Below are positions 63,730 to 64,000 of a DNA stretch of 64,000 bases, piece by piece (positions within the stretch are counted from its first letter, which is position 1; every line of letters starts with the position of its first letter). Made by a program: the position numbers and the translations under genes. Where the stretch lies: positions 75,381,300 to 75,445,299 of the forward strand of contig NC_057718.1 of NCBI RefSeq assembly GCF_004010195.1, read 5' to 3'. Under the pieces are notes generated by a model that had not been told where the DNA came from, searched no databases, and was given only the letters and a program-made list of their open reading frames with translations. The stretch comes from Chiloscyllium plagiosum. Its lineage: Eukaryota.

Positions 63730-64000
63730 CTCCTGTTCCTTGGATGCTGCCTGACCTGCTGCGCTTTTCCAGCAACACATTTTCAGCTCTGATCTCCAGC
63801 ATCTGCAGTCCTCACTTTCTCCTCCAAGTTTGGTGTATTCCATGCCAACTAATGGAATGGCCTTATGGTTGTATATTTGACCCTAAAATATACACAGCTG
63901 ATCTCAAACTATGTTGGAAGGCAAAATGTTTCAAAACTTTGGCAATATGTGAAACTGGCTGTTTCAGAATGTTACTTCATGGTATACAAACAAGTGGTAT

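Larger units (their letters stand above)
62055..63824. mobile_element. Young Penelope-like element with a large 5' inversion (minus-strand RT about 62055-63045; plus-strand GIY-YIG and terminus about 63043-63824)
   Basis: Open RT frame DIQSLYTSIP..KGVAMG..FLRYIDD..PFLD..YYKPT; LYCIRC..LYIGETG..RFREH; 12-bp TSD CAAGTTTGGTGT at 62043-62054 and 63825-63836. Confidence 0.93.

Overview
This is repeat-saturated non-genic vertebrate DNA. The tRNA-derived HE1-type SINEs and CR1/HER1-type LINEs point to an elasmobranch (shark or ray); that is an inference. I found no intact host protein-coding gene, and the listed ORFs are transposon remnants, chance ORFs or N-gap artefacts. The window holds about 14 HE1-like SINE pieces, many CR1-like LINE copies (one near full length with an SGNH-esterase ORF1), a Gypsy element with Gmr1-type PR-IN-RT order plus a related solo LTR, a decayed Tx1-clade L1 with a 39-bp minisatellite, two Harbinger remnants, a tRNA-Val 5' half, and many Penelope-like elements (PLEs). 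The most notable signal is a set of minimal type-I hammerhead ribozyme motifs in PLE termini from several sequence families. Several sit in short (about 130-230 nt) ORF-less palindromic insertions, four with 13-15 bp target-site duplications (TSDs); the intact example at 46069-46284 has a hammerhead on each strand. There are also two locally templated insertions, each copied from about 1.1 kb downstream. All calls were made by eye, so boundaries of old elements are approximate.
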